This document shows positions 35,010-48,300 of a DNA stretch of 64,000 nt, piece after piece; the stretch's first letter is position 1, and each line of letters begins with the position of its first letter. The DNA is taken from positions 14,322,001 to 14,386,000 of the forward strand of contig CM068754.1 of the NCBI GenBank assembly GCA_035084275.1, in the 5' to 3' direction. The notes beneath the pieces are model-generated. The model was not told the DNA's origin and searched no databases. It saw only the letters and a list, made by a program, of their open reading frames with translations. The DNA comes from Hydrolagus colliei. Its lineage: Eukaryota. The position numbers and the translations under genes are program-made.

Positions 35010-38000
35010 GTGTCACAGAGCCTTCGTAAAGCTAATCAGTAGTGAAGGCTGCTACTCCCCAATGTTACACAGCATTGATGGGTGATTACACAGATGCCTG
35101 ATCCAACAAAACTCTTGTTTAAGAACAAGCAGCCTTAAACCAGGCACTTAGTTGTCCAAAATATTAATGGAGCTGATGATTTTTTTAATACACAGAATCA
35201 TTGTAACATTAACATTGACGAATGCTGATGGATTGTCTGCTGACTGTTTATCGTTATCAGGACGTTCGGTGAGACTGTTTGTAAGCTATTATGTTTCATT
35301 GTATTGACGCTTAGATCCCTGTTGATGTCCGATGGCCAGCTTGAAACCAGTGAGAATGACTTTGAGATAGAGCGCTGGTCAGAGCTAGAGGACAATGCGA
35401 ATTTTTTTAAAAAAATAGAGAAATGGCAAACAAAAATGAAAATAACAAAAATGAGAAGAAAAGGGAAGAGGGAAAGGAAATCTGAAAATGACAAGAGGAA
35501 TTGAATGAACTCTTTACGGTTTCAAACTCATCAAATGTAACGTCTCTAATCACCGAAAACCATGCTTGAATTTTAAACGGAAGATTTAAGTACAGTCCTT
35601 AAAAAACTAAATAAATTTCACCATTCTTATAAACGCTTGGGTTAGTGGGCAAAGCTACAACAAACTGCAAACTGATGAATGCCCATGTTCAATGCACATG
35701 TATGTAGCTGTGGTACAATTGCTGACTTACAGTCTATTAATTCACCACTGACATTTCTTCCTACTTTGCTGCAAGCATAGCAGGAAGTGATTACAACTGG
35801 ATCCAATGACGGACATTTTTCTTTTAGTACAGGAAGCAGCCCACCAGCTGGGAGTGAGTGGTCAACTTTTACGCACCCAGAGAAAACAGATGTAAAGCTG
35901 CACCTTTAGAGCATTCTCTGAATCCCAATTAACCCACTCTGATGGAGTTACACTTTACCAAGATGCAGTACAATGCAATAAATTGCTGGGGTATTTTTGT
36001 TTAGCTTGTCAAAGGCTTTGTGGTTCTATTCTTTAAAACACATTTGGAAAAGTGTACACAATCAGAAGATAAATAGAATTCAGTGTTTATTCCTTCAAAA
36101 ACCTTTTGTGTAACCGACATTGTCTTGGTGATGGGAAGAAGGGAGAAAAGGCAAAATTGTAATGGAAACATAACTCAACCCATATGGAGAGGCTTTAGAC
36201 GAACTAGGATTGCACTTCATGACCCTGTCTCAGATTATTTAGCTTTTGGAGAACAAGGTCTGTCCTTAGAAATTCTATTACAAAGAGTTATGTTTTTTTG
36301 TTATGACAAGAGTATTATTTAGAAGCTGATTCATAACACTTCGATCAAAATTGATAGCAAAATACTTTGTGGTGATGTATCATCAGATGTTGAGGTTATG
36401 AACATAGTTATTGGTTAATCTTTGTCTGGTGTACTGTGCCAAATTTTGTTCTACATATATACTATAGAGTTTGTCGTGTTCAGCAAACAGAAACAGAAAG
36501 TGTTTCAGGTGTGACGCTACGTCACATTTGTATCCCTAAGGTAAGCTACAGTGCTGAAAAGTTAAGTACCTCAGCTGTTTCTTCAGAGCTCTGTTAAAGT
36601 ACATGCAAACCACGGAGAGCCCATCGCCAGTGTCACAGATCTGAATATTTGATGCCAATTTATATTTTAACATGAGGAGTCAAAAGGTAAGTCATAAATG
36701 CTTACATAGTTCTCGTGCAATTGCTGTAAGGAGAAAGCCATCTGTTGAAGGTAATGAGTGCAAAGCATTCTGTGGATTACGTACAGAGAGATCTGCAAAC
36801 TTAAATTCTTTCAGGCAACTAGCTCACAACTATTAAGTAAAGTCATGCATCAGACAGTTAGTCTCTGTCCTTGACTTAATCGAGCTCGAAAATGAAATAA
36901 TTTGGTCATAAAGTGCATGCTCGACGAGCAAATTGCAAAACAGGTGTTTTATGGCAAATATTATCTGAGCAGGCCAGCGATGTGTTCAGAGGGCATTTTG
37001 ATTTGGTGTGTCTGCTTGCCCACAGCTTTTTGCACTCCACTTGGCATTTCAGCAGTTGCTCGTTATTTAAAATAAGAGGGTTAAAATACCAATTTATACC
37101 TGTCACTTGGAATGCAGGCACACAACTGATAGATCGGTTTCAGCTTCATCAGCTCTTTAGCAACATTGGAATGGTCTGTGCAGGATAACTAAATTATTGA
37201 ATGGTCTACTAATGGGTCCTGCCTTTGTAAATGGTCAAACGAGTGTCTGCAGTGCAAGCTTTTTCTCGATTTGTTTCAGATGGTGTTATTCACATTGCTG
37301 TTGTCTATAAATGCACAGTACAGGCGTTCAATTGATTGATAAATAAGATCTTCCATAGGTTTAATTATTGTGTCACACTAATTACCTGACAGGAAATCAT
37401 CAAGTGGTCCAATAAAGGTTGTTTAATTAAAACTTTAGCTATGTTGTTTAAGGTGTTGGTGAGAGATGAATGACACTGGACAGAGATGCTTAAAGGTTGA
37501 GCAATACTCTGGGTTGAGTAATAAAGGTTAGACAAATGCACCAGTTTGTCCAATTTAAAACCATATATCAACATCATTGGAATGTCAACCTAGACGATGA
37601 ACTCTGTCTATAAAACAGCAGTCTTCACGTCTCTGCATTTGCCTCACCCTGAACTAAGTTTAAGCACAGCCAAGCCAGTTAATGTTTTATAAAAGCAGAG
37701 AGCAACTCAATGAAATATCCAGATTGAGTAATAACGGATAGACAAATTGGACAAGGTATTTGAAACCATATCCCAGCATGAGGTTGCATCCTTTACATAG
37801 AAGCGGCTTTAAACCAGTCTGGTATTTATTCTGTGAGCTCACAACACTATTTTCGAATTAGGTTATTCATCCTCATTTGCACCATTCCTGAAGGTTGATA
37901 TCAATTATTAAAAGTAAAATGCTTGTATCCTCATTTGACTGTCAGTTTATATCTATAAATAATACAGTGAATCCGGTTGGCTTAATAAATGTGATACCCT

Positions 38001-40080
38001 AGGATCATTTAAAAATGGTACATCCTACAATCATGATGTTGAGTTCTGATGAGAATGGTTGCACTCTTTTAACAAAAATGTGTCCACTTATTTGTGGAAT
38101 TAATGCTAAATAATGGAAAATTGCTTCTTTGTTTTCTCATAAGTATTTGTATGTCCCACTTAAGACTGAATAAATCATGTTGTAGCTAGCCTTGAATTCA
38201 GACAAGCAGACTATGAAGGAAGAAGTTATTAGAGGTCTTCAGGTTGAAATTACTCAGACCTGATAGTTGTACAATATAATCTGCTTTGTAAGCAATGCTT
38301 TGAGTGGCCCTGTCCTTGCAGACCTTAAATAGGACCTACAGCTTCCCATTACATTTGTTCATATTATACATTGGCATTTAGTAGGTGTTAATTAACAATG
38401 GTGCTGTATTACAAAGCACTTTGGGGAATAAAGAAATTAAAGAATAAAACAAATGGATAAATGGTGCAATTACGATAATCTGCAATAGAATTAAATCAAT
38501 GATATGATGTGGAGCAATAACTTTTAGAATAATTACACCTTGTCTTTTTCTTATTTAAGCGACAGCTAGAATAATAATTTGGCATTAAGCTTCATGTCAC
38601 GTCATTACTGTAAATTTTGTCATGCACCTATACATTTCAGTTTCATGTAAAAGTAATGCAGTATATAATATTGACGGTATAGTGAGGTATATACCCTAGA
38701 GATATCCTGGAAGACCATGAACACATTCTGCACTCTTAACTACCAGTTATTCCTTTTCATTTGTCTATCACATAAGGGGAAATTCTTCTTCTGTGTCGCT
38801 GGGATTTTACTCCAGTGAATATCGGACTGTGGAGTGATAGTGTCCGATCGTAAGATCTGTTTAATTCCTGAATTTAAACTTGTGTTTAAAATCCAGAAGG
38901 AAACATGCAGTGAGGAAGGGCTGTACAGCAAGGTAAGCTGTCTCTTCCATAAATCTTGTGGAATCTTCCCTGACACAGATTCTCAATCTCTGTTTCAATG
39001 ACATAAAAGGATTGATAGCCTTCGGTCTATCTTTCAAGGCCTTGGAATGACCTCCCAATGTGAAATGCTCTATATAAATGCAATTTGTTGTTCTTTTTAA
39101 TGTTTGAATTTGTTAGGGTTATGATAAAACTACTGGGGACTGTTGCTTGCAATAACTAGTGTGTATAATTTGTTCGATTTAGTCTTTAACAAATTGAGAC
39201 CCCAAATGTTGGATAACAACAACATTTATACAGTGTACCCCATGCAACGCAGCGTCCCAGAGTGTTAGATAACAATTGCTGACAATATTTAACACAAATA
39301 ATACTTATGAAACATTGTAAATTACACCACAGACTGAGACATGATATTTAACAACAATAACAGAATTACATTTGTATCACGCCTTTCACATCAGGAGATG
39401 TCCTAATTTAAATAATAATTCCTCAAACCATATGAAGTTTGTAAAAATTTAAAAAATCCCAAATTAATGAATAAAATGAAATAATGCAGTTTCTTCAATG
39501 TTAATTTTTCTTTACCCTGCAATAACAGAAAATGAAATTTGTAAAAACAATAAACTTGATTATTTGTTTTGTTTGTCCCCAAATTCCCTTAGGAAAAGTA
39601 GAATGGCATGGAAATTGGGGAGTCATTATTTATATATCAGCAGAGATTGAATCCTTATCTGCCACGATGAGAGTAATAACATATTTTTAATATAAAAGAA
39701 AATTTAAAGTAGTTTCACTTTATCTTCCTCTTCTGTGCCTTCCTGATCACCACATACTAATCTAATGCACTCGGAAAGTAGGACAATGGAAATCTTGTTC
39801 CTGTTAGTTCTCTGAAGATAGATCTCTGAATGCTAACCACCAGCTAGTGTCTCATACCTTTGATGGTAGCATTCATAGTCTTCATTGATACTCATGGCTT
39901 TGCTACTATGTATATTATCAATAAAACTTCCACAGTACCATTAGAAGCTCTTGACTCAAAAATCTTTTTTCTCTCTCGTGCCAACAATATATTTTTCATT
40001 CAGCAACTGTAGAACATGCAAAGTAACTGTGCTCTATAGTACATCTTATGAAGCTCTTTGATATGGTCTTCCAATGTGAA

Positions 40081-40201
40081 ATAATAAATAATAATAATAA
40101 TAATCCTTGCACTTGATATAGCGCTTAACATCTTATCGACGTCTCAAAGCACTTCACAGAATATACTGTAAAGTGAATTGACTGTATATTTGTGGGTGAA
40201 A
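40081..40201 (-). mobile_element. SINE family A, 5'-truncated
   Basis: (aat)n ccttgcacttgatatagcgctt...acttcacagaatatactgtaaagtgaattgactgtatatttgtgggtgaa. Confidence 0.9.
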
Positions 40202-40695
40202 GATGATGTATGAAATGCAATATATTATTATTAACTTCCTTATAAAACTCAAATATCCTGACAGTGTTGTGTTTCGATGGGATAAAAGTAAAGGCTTGAC
40301 ATTGTATGTTTTTTGTGAGTTGGGTATCTGATACCCTCAGAAACCCATCACCAAACCAAACTGAGAGTTTCATGTGTAGGTGGGATGCACAGAACTCTAT
40401 TTGATTGGGATATTCTTAAGTACAGTGATGGGTTTTCACATGTGCCAAACACGTGGCTGATCAACAAAAATCTAATTTTCTGATCACTTTTAGTTTTCTT
40501 AAAATATGAGATACAGTAGTTTCAATCATTTCTGAAGAAGAAAAGAAAATGGAATCTTGTGAAAGCGTCTAGTAATTCTAGCTGTTCAAAATTGGAATTC
40601 AACCAGATTGAAAGGGATACATTTTCTTTTCTTCGTTGAACAAAGCAACATAGTCAGTGCCCACATACTCCACCTTGTCCAGGGGATCATTATTT

Positions 40696-41040
40696 GTGGA
40701 GCTCCCTTGGCTCAGTGGTTAGAGCACTTGTCTTGCAAGCTGGGGAGACCAAGCTGCGGAGACCTGTGTTTGAATCCAGGCAGGTCAGGGCAAAACCTTG
40801 GGCAAGTTTCCTTACTCCACACGCCTAATAATAATAATCCCTCCAATAAAAAACACAATAATGCCATCATTTCAATCCATGACTATTTGTGGGACACTGC
40901 TGTGCGCAATTGGCTGCCGCATTTCGCCCACAAATATATACGTCAATTCACTTTACAGTATATTCTGTGAAGCGCTTTGGGACGTCGATAAGATGTGAAA
41001 AGCGCTATTATCAAATTCAAGGATTATTATTATATTATTA
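40696..41040 (+). mobile_element. SINE family A, full length, low divergence
   Basis: Complete head, body and tail with CpGs retained; internal 14-bp duplication caagctggggagac/caagctgcggagac in the head. Confidence 0.95.
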
Positions 41041-41529
41041 TTTTCAGATGAAATAAATTAAATCAGGCTGCAATCCAGAACCCATTATCAGCAAGCTTTT
41101 GTGATTGCCATAATATGAAGTGATCTCCCAGATGATGCATTATGTGCTCAGTAAAATATTTTTCAATCTAATCGCACAATCTTGTGTTGATATGTACTTC
41201 ATTTGATTTTGATCATTACCTGCGTTTCACTAAATGATACCTTCTTCTTGTGTGGAGGGTGAGGTGTGAAAAAAGAATTTAGAAACTATCTTGAATATTT
41301 AATCCCCCCACCCGAAGCATGTGTTGAAATTATGCAAAGATGATCTCTAAGATTTTAGCTGATACTAAAAGTATCAGAAGAAACACAGAGGAAACTGATG
41401 ATCGATGAGCAATAATGATGGTGAGAGTTGTGTTACAGTATGTTATCCACTTGGGTGTGTTGTACATATTGAGTATATGGGTACAACAAATTGATGGTTC
41501 ACAGTGTCTCTGTATGCATTAGGATTATA

Positions 41530-41826
41530 TTGGGGCACTACTGTGCGCAATTGGCTACCGCGTTTCTTTCACAAATATACAGTAAATTCACTTTACCGAA
41601 TAATCTGTGAAGAGCTTTGAGATGGCTGGAAGACATCCAGTCTTTCTTTGCTCAGCAATTTGACTTGGAAACATGTGTGAACATCACCTGAGCCCCTCAA
41701 CCCAAAACCTTTCAGGCGGAATCATCCAGGCTCTTTGAATTTTACCAGTGCTTCTTTATGCGCTTTGAGAAGTCTAGAAGACGTGAAAAGCGATATATCA
41801 AATACAAGGATTATTATCATTATTAT
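41530..41826 (+). mobile_element. two SINE family A fragments (41530-41636 body, 41760-41826 tail)
   Basis: ggggcactactgtgcgcaattggctaccgcg...gctttgagatggctggaagac, then cgctttgagaagtctagaagacgtgaaaagcgatatatcaaatacaaggattatt. Confidence 0.8.
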
Positions 41827-43848
41827 GAGAGCGAAGAAATCTAAGTGTTTTAATATAATAATATGATATAACTGAAATATCCAGGATGTATTGCTCGAAT
41901 AATTGACTTAAAGCCTTCCAATGTTCACTTGCAAAGAATGGCTATTTGAACTGCAGTATTTGCCAGAGGCTAGTCAGTGCTCTTGGAACAATACCAAAAC
42001 AAGCTTTATAATTTCCAGGAGAAAGAGGAAGAACACTGGCGAAGAGGAAGCAAGAGTACAAAGAGGAAAAAAAATCAGTGTGAAGAGAAATACAATTTAA
42101 TGGCACACAGTAGCAGAAGAATCTAGATGGAAGCAAAGAGGATGGAATGAAAATGCATAAAAAAACACAGCACAGAACAAATCCAGCCAGAAATTATGAA
42201 AAGTATTTTTTTTGTCCTCTATATTAAAAGTTCAGTCCACTTACACCAGTCAGATCTCTCCCTATCTGGACAACACTGAGCTGCAAAGAAATAGCCGTAT
42301 TCATTGCGCTCTCAAATTATTTACAGACCTTTCCCGTAACCCGCACCTATGAAGTTAATATATTTCCCTGGTACTGTACTTTCCTCCAATTGTTCTGAAC
42401 GTTCCATATTATTCCTGCCAGTGTGATTGCAACAAATGCCCATAGAGAGGAGAGCTGTTCTTGATGAGGTGCTTCATCATGTTGCATTACATAAGGAAAT
42501 GCTTTGAAGTACTATATAATGATTTACATTGATCTACTCTCACTCATACAAAAATGGAAAATATTTAGCTATGATGATGAGGTACTCAATGGTTTCTCAG
42601 TTTTTTTTTATAACTACTTTTGGTGCTGCTTTGTTTTATTTAACATTATCTCGGCTTGAACATTTCCTCTGCAGTTTACTTTCCTGTGTCTCGAACAATT
42701 ACTTTAGAATCTTGAAGATCTCGTAGCTGTAACAAATGCATCGTGTGCTGTAATTTTATGCAAATTTCAAGTTGTGGTTATCTTCACTCGCTTGGGCTTT
42801 TCTTAGACGTTGTCAATGCTGGATTCACAAACCACGAATTTCACAAACCATTACTTGAAATTAATCTGTTCAATGAGTTTTTGAAATTAGATCCATTTCA
42901 TGATAACAAATGTAATAAATCCAGCACAGATTATATTGCATTTGTGCTGGTGTTAGTCACACTCCATTGTGTAATATTCGCTTTTAAGTATGTTGGGGAA
43001 ATAGGATTCAATACACCATACAAGAGCTCATGTTGTTGTGTGTCTCTCTCTCCTGTAATTGACAATTTGGCAGCACAATTGTGGAAGCTCCCCCAGGCTA
43101 AGTTCCAAGAAGAAACAATAGGTGAGTGATTAGCAAAGCACAATAAATACAAAGCAAAGTGGACCAAAGAGCGAGTTAGAAACCATTGATTCAATAGGTT
43201 ATATCACGGACCGAAAGAGCAAAGTGTTCTGCTTTGCTTTATGAATGTCTTCTGTACCTCAGATAGAAATACGGTGCTGCCTTGCCGTTTCTCCCAACAC
43301 ATTTTATGATAGTTGCTATATTTTAACGACCGTTCAGGTTTTCAGCATTTCAAGATGGCTTTTTGATGTCTGCAATCAGAAAAGGGTGAATGATGTTTGA
43401 AAAGAACACAGCGGTGTAAACAACTAATGTTTGTTTTTACTTGTAATTTTATCATGTGAGGGAAATATCTATTCAGTGGGTTACTGAATGCCACACATTC
43501 AGGCATATGTTGGCCGAAGGTCTACTTTCGATCCAAACCCGTGCCATTCTTTTCTGGAATTGCAGATGGCCACTATACTGTGTCTGTTGCAGCCGACAAT
43601 AGAAACTTGAAGGTTTGTGGCAAAGGTTGAACTGGAGAAATTAAGCAAAGTTAATGGGAAAATAGTATTCAGATAAAGTGCATGAGGGATATCCACAAAG
43701 ATCGAAACAACAACATCAATTCACAAATAGAGTCAGCTGCTCTTGTTATATACAGTTTTCTAAAGTGTCCTGCATCACCCGACTGCTGAAAACCCTAATG
43801 GATTTTGTTTGTTCGTGTATTCACCGCTGTAAATCTGTCTGATTTAAC

Positions 43849-43910
43849 GATAATAATAATCCTTGCATTTGATATAGCGCCTTCTCACATCTTTGCGATG
43901 TCTCAAAGCA
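43849..43910 (-). mobile_element. SINE family A tail
   Basis: taataataatccttgcatttgatatagcgccttctcacatctttgcgatgtctcaaagc. Confidence 0.85.
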
Positions 43911-44730
43911 TAAAAAGAAGCACTGGTACTATTCAAAGAATTGTCAGGGCTGAAGCCTTCTGCTTGATCACTTTTGGATTGCAGGCTCATGTGATGTTCA
44001 CACAGATATTTCCAAGTCAAATTGCTGAGCCGAGAAATGTTGACCATCATCAATGTCTAGGATAAACGTGGATTTGCTGTGCTTGTCACCTCACAGGCAG
44101 TTCAACCCAGACAGATCTTATTTACCTCCTTCTACCTGGTTGCATACCACTGAATCAAAGCTGAATATAATTGAGAATTTTCATGTTTTTATTTGTGTGT
44201 TGCTTTAGCATTATTAACATGCAAGACAGACCATAATCATAATCATCACTCAATTTATGTTTAGAAATTCACTTTACCAATTTGCTTCACCATCCTCTGC
44301 ATCAGTAAAGACTGCTTAGAATTTTTCTGACACTAATTGCGTGTTCTCGGATTGCATAAGTTGTACGTTTGCAGAGTAGCCCATAATAATGAATATAAAA
44401 AGTATCTGAATCAGTACTAAATAGACCAAAACAGACAGTTATTGATTATTTAAGCCATTGAAGCAATAGTGGTAGAGTAGAATGTCAACTTCCCCTGGAT
44501 CGGAAGGGTCGCTGAACAGATCAGAAATTCCTTCCAGGCAGTTGACTTTAATCAGATAAGATAGATTGAAACATCATCATCCACCATCATCTATTTTCAT
44601 CTTAATGCTACAGTAATTCTTTCACTATGTCATCTGCAATGGAAATATGCAGGCTGTGGGATCAGGAGATAACTATTTTGTTGCCCGTCTGAGGACATAT
44701 TTTGCTGGAAGATTTTTGTTCAGGTGTCCA

Positions 44731-45200
44731 ACCACAACAAAGTTGCACTTATATATACTGTGGCACCCTTTTACATTGGGGGGACATGCCAAGGCGCTGG
44801 ACAGTCTAGAACAGTGGTTCTCAACCTTTTACAGTAATGTACCCCTTGTTAATTTTCAACATTATCGTATACCCCCAGCCAACCACATACACACACACAC
44901 ACCACCCCCTTCATTCCACTTGCATTTTATGACCAAGCTTTTCTTATATAACAAAATAACTAGCACAGACAAAACGAGGGGAATAACAATTAAATGTACA
45001 ATTTGGAAGGCTATAAAACGCTAAGTAAGAGAGCTAAATAAGTCAATGTAACCCCGCCACCTGTAACCCCGGGAAATAATTTTGTATCCCCTGGGGAACA
45101 TGTAACCCTGGTTGAGAACCGCTGGTCTAGGGTTACAGCCTGACCTGGGTACAGAAGCTGAGGAGTTGGGTTAAGGGCCGAGGAAAATGACCAAAGGGAA
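44731..45200 (-). mobile_element. L2-type 3' end interrupted by a hAT MITE
   Basis: accacaacaaagttgcacttata...ggacatgccaaggcgctggacagtc ends at the MITE; G-rich L2 3' UTR-like sequence (gacctgggt...ggaaaatgaccaaa) resumes after 45124. Confidence 0.65.
44812..45124. mobile_element. non-autonomous hAT-Charlie element (MITE), 313 bp
   Basis: TIRs CAGTGGTTCTCAACC / GGTTGAGAACCGCTG (14/15); 8-bp TSD gtctagaa / gtctaggg with the TCTAG core of Charlie targets; repeated subterminal gta(a/t)cccc motifs. Confidence 0.88.
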
Positions 45201-45252
45201 TAAGAGGAGGCTTGTGAGATGGATGGAAGTGTTTTTTGTTTGAAGGCAACTT

Positions 45253-45360
45253 AATAGCAATAATAATCCTTGCATTTGATGTAATACCTTATCAAGGTAT
45301 GTCAAAGCGCTTCACAGAATACACTGTAATGTGAATTAACTGCATATTTTGTGGGCAAAA
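45253..45360 (-). mobile_element. SINE family A, 5'-truncated
   Basis: taataatccttgcatttgatgtaa...caaagcgcttcacagaatacactgtaatgtgaattaactg. Confidence 0.85.
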
Positions 45361-48300
45361 CCTGTGTGCAAGATGTTTGCAGTGTACATTTATAGAGATT
45401 TAAATCCTTGAGTCCAAGTGTGCATTAACGTGTTGAAATACCTTGAGTGAAATAATTTTCTACCAGGGCACTGACTCATCGGGTTATCTGGAGCAGAATG
45501 GAACGAATCCCATTCACCCAGTGGCATTATTTATGAACCGGGGAGACTTGTCAATCACCAGCAGTGCAGAGGATCTGCCTGGTTCAGTATTAACATCAAC
45601 AACTTGCCTTTACATCGCGCTCTTCATGCGGAATAGCATCTCAGAGGGTTTAACAGTGGCAGAGTGCGATGCAGAGCCGGAGAAATCAGCAAGTTAATGC
45701 ACAGAGTTTTGGTCATGTGATATTGCTCCCTTGACCGTATAACTCTGTTTTCCCTACTGTTGAATCCACTGATGTGGAGTCAGTTATACTGGCTGCACAC
45801 ACCAATACCCATGGAATTGCTTCACATTATGGCAGCGTGCATGCACATCAGAGCCCATGCTTCAGTGCAATGTTGTATGATGTTTTAGGTCTTACAGAGA
45901 ATCGCCCTCGATAGTCCCAAGCTCAGTGATCTGACCAGTGTCATATCTTTATCCTGTTGAACCTCCAGTGATATTTCACTGTTGCCCATCAAACACTTGA
46001 TAGAAGGCCGTTTGGCACATCTGTAATGTATGTTGATACGTATTTATCACCAATATTTATTGATATTTTGCTGAAACAGGGTAGTTTCTCTCCTTTAACC
46101 CCACACCACCACCACCCCTCCTCCAAACGGAAGCAAGCCCAGTGGTCCAGTCAGCAGGCAAGAGGCTTTACGCTAAGCTTAAGTGAAACCGTGACACATG
46201 AACATTACTGGAAGCCGCAAGAGGGAAGACAAATTCTGGATCTCGCTTCATTGAGTAGAGAGGATTTTTGGAATGAAATAGTCTCTTTGGATAACAGCGA
46301 CATGCAGAAAGTAGCATGCCTCAAATGGTGAGGGTGCTTACTTTGCCCACAGATCACAGGAGGAGGGGGCTGTGCAGAAAGCCCTGCATTTAGTATGAAA
46401 AGTTTGGAGCAACTTCATATTCATTTGCAAAGAACTATAGGGAACTATAATTCATATTCAATTGTATTTTTAGTGCTCAATGTCTCTATATGCTGGCACA
46501 TCATTCTCTCTGGACTTCAAGATAGACATCTACCAGAATGCAACCGAGAGAGTAATTTGGTTACATGATTTCTGTCTTAAAATGACGGGTTTCGAAAAGT
46601 AAAATGTGACAAAAAGATATTGTTTTCCACTGATTGACATATCAAGGTTACAAATGGGAAGTCAACAATTGCTTTCACAGGGATATTTTAGGAAATTAAA
46701 CAAAAGTCCGGCTCAAAGATTAAGTCCTTCGCCGATCGATATGATTTGGTGTGATGAGGTATATGTTTGACATGGTGTTTGGTCTGACATTGTCAGAGGC
46801 ACAAAGTGACCACAGCATGTTAAGGAAGGTGCTGGTTGCTGGGAGGCACTTGATTAATGATTAAAACTTGCAGCCATATCAACGCCAAATGTGCGTTGCA
46901 CGCGGATGGAAACAATTAAAAACCTTAGAGGATTTAGTATTCAACAGTAACATCTGGAGAAGGAGATTCTAAATGTTTTTTTAGTGTGGGCATCCAACAG
47001 TTTTTACAATTCCCAATGCAACTTCAGTATAAATGTCTCCTGTTTTGCACTGACTGACTGCAGGGAGGAATGGACGTCTCGAGGAGCATTTGGTCACGGT
47101 GGGAGTGTGACTTATGTCTCTCCCTGTGAGTGTGCAACACTATAATTACAATGCAATCAGACATGCAGCGAGTACCACATATGTCTGATTTAAAACAAAA
47201 TGTAGCTGGCTGTTAAACTCCACATGAATTTATATGATTTGACAGTGGGAATATCATCCGCATTGATCGCTGCCTGTAAGGATTATCATGTCAAAAAGCA
47301 AGGAAAGGACAAGCAATTTTGGTGGTCAAACTATTGCATGTCGTCATCTCCTAGGCACAAATTCAATTTGACAACTCGTAATTTTCAAACCAGTGAAAAC
47401 GCGAACATTATAAATGGCAAAAGTACCCCTTTTTTCACTGATAACCATTGACTTTTGATCACAAATTTTGGTTGTTGCATCACACACTACATATTCTCTC
47501 CCTCCATCCACACTCTCCCCCCAACAAAAGTAAAGGAAAAAATAGATTGGATGCAGAATCTTTTAATCTAGATCAGGTTTGCTTGATTTTTTTTCTTTTA
47601 AAGAAATGCTTTTATGTAATGAATGTTTAAAATCCAGAGATTGTATGATCTTGGAGTAAAAAAATCTCCTCTGGAATATTGCATTCTGTTTTTTTTAGGT
47701 CTGTTCATCTCATAGGCTGGTAAATTCCACATTTAATGAGTTGTTTTCAGTGTGCAACTCAAATTTGTGTTCTGAATGTTTCATTAATGTTCATTAAATC
47801 TAGCCCTGGGGTGTTTTCATGTGCATCGTTTTTTTGTTGCATTTAATAACATCTGAATTGTGCAGTGAATGGCTACAGTGCAGAAGTGTGCATGACATTC
47901 TAGCATGTAATATTACATTGTTGGACAATCATTAAACGGATTGCAGGAACGAGAATGTAAATTCTATATTGTGCCATGGAAAGTTAAAGGACAACCCGAT
48001 TTATACAACAAAATAATCTGTGTGCAGGGAAATTTTCTAGATATAGGGCTGAGGTTCCAATGAGCTGGAAGGAAGATACATTGACTAGTGCAATGATCAG
48101 CCCATTAAACAGTTGGCTACAAAGGGATCAATTTCACCATTGTGCTCGACTGCATGGTTGACCCTGATAAGTTGAAGCCAATAATTATTGTAAATTGTAT
48201 ACTGCAGCTGGTGAATATTGGTCTTGTATCAGGCTGAATGACTGTAGATCTAGCATTGGGCAAAGGAAGCAATGCTTAATTCCGGACCTTTCTTGGCATT

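Larger units (their letters stand above)
32043..36775. repeat. 2,366-bp head-to-tail tandem duplication (32043-34408 and 34409-36774)
   Basis: Identical ORF-track entries offset by exactly 2,366; junction attctgtg|gcaagcaaag at 34409; the only difference noticed is T6A8 vs T7A7 near 33041/35407. Confidence 0.98.

Noticed and set aside
40608-40998. Recurring short ORFs with similar peptides (also 28983, 32419, 40125, 59145, 62350) suggesting a gene family
   Set aside because: They are translations of the same SINE consensus, not a protein family.
42743-43129. 128-aa ORF and the other 60-125 aa track ORFs outside the transposon
   Set aside because: Mostly non-ATG starts, no recognisable domains, and lengths expected by chance. 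Only the LINE-derived ones (27081, 27565, 61739 and, more weakly, 17049) show homology.
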